From IMG/VR virus record IMGVR_UViG_3300021963_000013: DNA of 34,877 bases. One strand, 5' to 3'. The position numbers were made by a program, and so were the translations under genes. The stretch comes from a virus. Under the pieces are notes generated by a model. The model did not search any database. It was not told where the DNA came from and saw nothing but the letters and a program-made list of their open reading frames with translations. Positions 31,369-34,877 of this stretch are shown piece by piece; position 1 is the stretch's first letter, and each line of letters opens with the position of its first letter.

Positions 31369-33743
31369 AAGTCAGCATTTACGTAGAGGGTCAGGAACTT
31401 GAATTATTCAAAGATGAGAACATCGAAATAAATTCGACCGTTCAGAATATTGCGGATATATCAAAAACCTTTAGCGATTTTAGTCAAAGTTTTACCGTTC
31501 CCGCTTCGAATAAGAATAACGGGATATTTCAACACTACTATAACACCGATGTTGACGGTACTTTTAACCCTAATATTAGAGTTTTAGGCTATATTGAGTT
31601 AGGAAGTTTACCATACAGATACGGTGTTATTCAATTAGAAGATGTTAAGATAAAAAATAACAAGCCTTACGCTTATACAGTACGATTTTTTTCCTCTACT
31701 TTGAGCCTTTCGGACTTGTTTAAAGAGGATGAATTAGGAGTTTTAGACTTTAGCGACTATAACCATAGCTTTGATACAAGTGTTTTCGAGGCTATGTATA
31801 ACGAAACCATAGCAAACGGTGATATTTATTACCCTTTAATGACTTCTTTGCGCAATTATGTTATAGGAAACGGGACTGATTTAGACATTACCCACACCGC
31901 AGGTGCAATAAAGTACTACGAATTAAAACCCGCTTTACGCTTAAATAGGATTTTTGATGTTATCGAGTCTACTTATGGCGTTACTTTTAAAAGGGATTTC
32001 TTAAACAGAGCTGTTTTTGACAATCTATTTATGTGGTTGCATAAAGAAGCGGGACAAATAGAAGCCTATGGAGATGAAACGGCAGTTGATATAACAAGCG
32101 CAGGAACGCTAAACGATATAAATGTTACCGTAAACACTACAGATAATAGTATTTCTTACACTAATTTAAGCACAAGAAAATACAAAGTACTGTTTAAAGT
32201 TACACCGAATACGGGTTTTGAAGATGTTACCTATCGAGCGAGAATTTATAACAACGGAATAGAGCGAACGATAGGAGAGGGAACGGGAACGCAAACGTTT
32301 ATATTTGAGGGCGTAGACAATTTAACCTACTCAAATACTTTTACGGTTCAAGCCGTTGGTGATTTTGAGTTTGACACTCGAATTTTGGCGCGTATGAAAG
32401 TAACGGTGGGAGATCCTCTATATCCTACGGGAAGTTTTGACAAAGCCACTACAACACCAACACAGATTTTAACGGGGTTTGCTGATGTTAGCCAATTAAT
32501 GCCAAAAATGAAAGTTAGGGATTTCGTTACTTCTATTATCAAAATGTTTAATTTGATTTTAGTACCCGTTAACTCAACTACATTTACTTTTTTGCCTTTG
32601 GACGATTGGTATGCGCAAGGCAAATTAATAGATATTAGCGACTTTGTAGAAACTGACGAGGTAACTATTAAAAGACCGAAACTATTTAAACAGATAGATT
32701 TTAAACACCAAAACACGGGGCAAATATTAGGGGAAAAATTTAGAGAGAATAACGGGGGTATTGGTTACGGTGATTTGCGTTCAACTTATGATATTGACGG
32801 TACAGAATTAAAAGTAGAAACTCAGTTTGAGAATTTAGTTTTTGAAAGATTAACAGATATTTCGAACGGTGATTTAACCAATATTCAAGTAGGTAAATCA
32901 ATCGATAAAACACTCGAGCCTTATATCGGAAAACCGTTTATATTTTACCGTTGTGGTTATGTGTTTTATGATACACCGATAAAGGGTCACGACTTTGGAG
33001 ATATTGACTACACTTGGCTAACATCAACGGAAAACGATTTATTTATTTCGCAAGTAAGCAACACGGTAAACTATTCAAGCGATGTAAGTACTTATTTATA
33101 TGCAGAGATTACACGCAATTTATTCTCAAATTATTGGAGTGATTACATAAGCGATTTATACTCTTTAAAACGTAGGCTTACAACTTATACGGCTTTTTTA
33201 CCAATCGGTCAGTTAATAGATTTAAACCTAAACGATAGGCTAAAAATAGGAAGCTATGCCTATATCATTAATTCGATGAAAATAAATTTAGTTAGTGGCA
33301 AAGTTGATTTTGAATTATTGAATTACATAGGAGACCCGTTCACCTCGGTTAATGATAACATACTTTTAACGGCTGATACTGTAGATTATTTTGCAGATAG
33401 CACAATTTTAACCGCTGATTTAATTTCGTTATACAGTCCCGCTTATTCAAGTGTTGAAAATGGAGTTGAGTTTACAACTTTAATAGCTACACCAAGCGCA
33501 CAAAGTTACGATTGTAAAATTACGGCTAATCAAAACTATTTAGCTTCTTTAGTAGATACAGGCGATGGTACGAGTTGGATAACTTTAGAGAATGCGAGCG
33601 GAACGCAAACAAACTATTTAAAAATAAAAGTTGCAAAATATAGCGCGGGGATAATCGATGCGACTATTGAACGGTCAATGGATATTAACGTGACAATAGC
33701 AGGAGATACATTTACAATAACAGTAACACAAGGTCAACAATAA
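31362..33743 (+). CDS. large tail/baseplate protein (Dit-like N-terminus)
   Basis: 793 aa. The N-terminal 'VSIYVEGQELELFKDENIEINSTVQNIADISKTFSDFSQSFTVPASNKNN' resembles distal-tail-protein N-termini. Confidence 0.45.
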   Translation: MLKVSIYVEGQELELFKDENIEINSTVQNIADISKTFSDFSQSFTVPASNKNNGIFQHYYNTDVDGTFNPNIRVLGYIELGSLPYRYGVIQLEDVKIKNNKPYAYTVRFFSSTLSLSDLFKEDELGVLDFSDYNHSFDTSVFEAMYNETIANGDIYYPLMTSLRNYVIGNGTDLDITHTAGAIKYYELKPALRLNRIFDVIESTYGVTFKRDFLNRAVFDNLFMWLHKEAGQIEAYGDETAVDITSAGTLNDINVTVNTTDNSISYTNLSTRKYKVLFKVTPNTGFEDVTYRARIYNNGIERTIGEGTGTQTFIFEGVDNLTYSNTFTVQAVGDFEFDTRILARMKVTVGDPLYPTGSFDKATTTPTQILTGFADVSQLMPKMKVRDFVTSIIKMFNLILVPVNSTTFTFLPLDDWYAQGKLIDISDFVETDEVTIKRPKLFKQIDFKHQNTGQILGEKFRENNGGIGYGDLRSTYDIDGTELKVETQFENLVFERLTDISNGDLTNIQVGKSIDKTLEPYIGKPFIFYRCGYVFYDTPIKGHDFGDIDYTWLTSTENDLFISQVSNTVNYSSDVSTYLYAEITRNLFSNYWSDYISDLYSLKRRLTTYTAFLPIGQLIDLNLNDRLKIGSYAYIINSMKINLVSGKVDFELLNYIGDPFTSVNDNILLTADTVDYFADSTILTADLISLYSPAYSSVENGVEFTTLIATPSAQSYDCKITANQNYLASLVDTGDGTSWITLENASGTQTNYLKIKVAKYSAGIIDATIERSMDINVTIAGDTFTITVTQGQQ

Positions 33744-33869
33744 TGATAACACAAGTAATTGAACTTTTACAGTCAATGGATTTCAAAGCTACGACTGATA
33801 ATATAAGGTTTGCGAAAGGCGGGTATAGATACCCAAGAACGATAAAAGAAACATTTAAAATATTTAGGC

Positions 33870-34877
33870 TATGGCGATAAAGAAAGTAATAGAGATTGAT
33901 GTTGACCAAGTACAAGCGATGGGCGGACTTGATGCGCTTCAACAATCTTTAGGCGAAGTAGAAAAAAAGACATCTTCTTTAAAAACAGAATATCGTAAAG
34001 CTCAACAAGAAGTTGCAAGGTTATCGGATGAATTTGGTGCGACATCAAAACAAGCTATAGAAGCCGCTAAAAGGGCAGGAGAGTTAGGTGATAAAATAGC
34101 CGATGCCAAAGCTTTAACTGATGCGTTTAATCCTGATGCAAAGTTTAAAGCCGTTTCCGCTTCATTAACGGGTGTAGCTTCGGGGTTTTCAGCTTATCAA
34201 GGTGCTTTAGGTTTAGTAGGTAAAGAGAGTAAAAATTTAGAGGCTCAACTTTTAAAGGTGCAGTCCGCTATGGCTTTGGCTCAGGGATTGCAAGGTTTAG
34301 GAGAAGCAAAAGATAGTTTTATCCAATTAAAAGCCGTTGCAATTAATGCTTTTGACGGTATTAAAAGAGCAATCGGGGCAACGGGAATAGGTTTATTAGT
34401 AGTTGCTTTAGGAACTGTTTACGCTTATTGGGATGACATTAAAGAGGTAGTAGGCGGTGTAAGTGAAGAACAAAAGAAATTAAACGCTCAATCTAAAAAG
34501 AACTTGGACCAAGAGCAAGAGAAATTAAAAACGATAGGCGACCAAGACGAGATTTTAAAACTTCAAGGCAAAAGCGAAAGAGAGATTTTAAAGCTAAAAA
34601 TATCACAAACAAACGAAGCTATTTCGGCATCTGAAATCAATCTTGAAAACATAAGAATAACAAACAAAGAGCAACAAAAAGCAGTAGAGCAAAACTATAA
34701 ATACTTAAAATCTTTTATTGATTTTATCTCTATTCCGCAAAGGTTTTTATATGAGAATGGAGCAAAGGCTATTAATGCTTTAATTGGTTTAATTAATAAA
34801 ATCCCTGGCGTTAATATCGATGCAAGGTTAGATGAAAAGTTTGCAGACAATGCTTCTGACTATGTAGCTAAATTAAT
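33870..34877 (+). CDS. tail tape measure protein, 5' portion, interrupted by a +1 frame change at an A8 run (33961-33968)
   Basis: The frame opened by the ATG at 33870 stops at 33996-33998. The TMP-like frame opens at 33961 and runs off the window end into 3..998. Its first canonical start is the GTG at 34258. Confidence 0.6.
34751..34877. repeat. exact 127-nt duplicate of nt 1-127 (circularisation overlap)
   Basis: A direct base-by-base comparison shows identity over all 127 nt. Confidence 0.95.

Noticed and set aside
33743-33844. A 33-aa plus-strand ORF between the 793-aa tail gene and the tape measure start.
   Set aside because: It is very short, has no recognisable features, and is not coupled to the downstream start. 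I cannot distinguish it from chance.
1-34877. A lysogeny module (integrase, excisionase, CI-type repressor), tRNAs, or toxin/defence islands.
   Set aside because: No ORF shows tyrosine or serine recombinase motifs or a repressor-sized helix-turn-helix plus peptidase protein. Only two small helix-turn-helix proteins are present. The phage is therefore provisionally treated as virulent, but absence judged by eye is not proof.

Overview
The window is a complete, circularly closed genome of about 34.75 kb. Nt 1-127 are identical to nt 34751-34877. It is an AT-rich tailed dsDNA phage. Host-type promoters of the Bacteroidota form (TTTG-N19-21-TAnnTTTG) and the absence of Shine-Dalgarno sites point to a Flavobacteriia-type host.

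There are two transcription arms. They diverge at 25276-25392 and converge on a bidirectional terminator at 12091-12127.

(1) The minus-strand early arm (25275 down to 12132) encodes:
- four micro-ORFs;
- ERF annealase, a DUF3127 SSB-like protein and NinB-like protein;
- a DUF1376/DnaD-like initiator with iteron-like repeats inside the gene;
- a T7 gp4-like primase-helicase and NinG/Rap-like protein;
- a tight four-gene block: unknown protein, PAPS-reductase (IbrA-like), ParB-like (IbrB-like) and PD-(D/E)XK nuclease;
- about 12 small ORFs, several separated by a family of long imperfect hairpin cassettes with conserved ends.

(2) The plus-strand arm (25393 around the junction to 12035) encodes:
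- an ECF-like sigma factor, TerS and TerL;
- a gene pair with a -1 programmed frameshift of the tail-chaperone G/GT type;
- neck and tail genes, and a tape measure gene that spans the junction and is interrupted at an A8 run;
- protease/scaffold, major capsid and portal;
- tail fibre and a lysis cassette with a GH24 endolysin;
- an accessory block: metallophosphoesterase, DUF3310 protein and a u-spanin-like lipoprotein.

No integrase, large repressor, tRNA, rRNA or CRISPR array was seen.

Functional calls rest on motif recognition by eye. No database search was possible.
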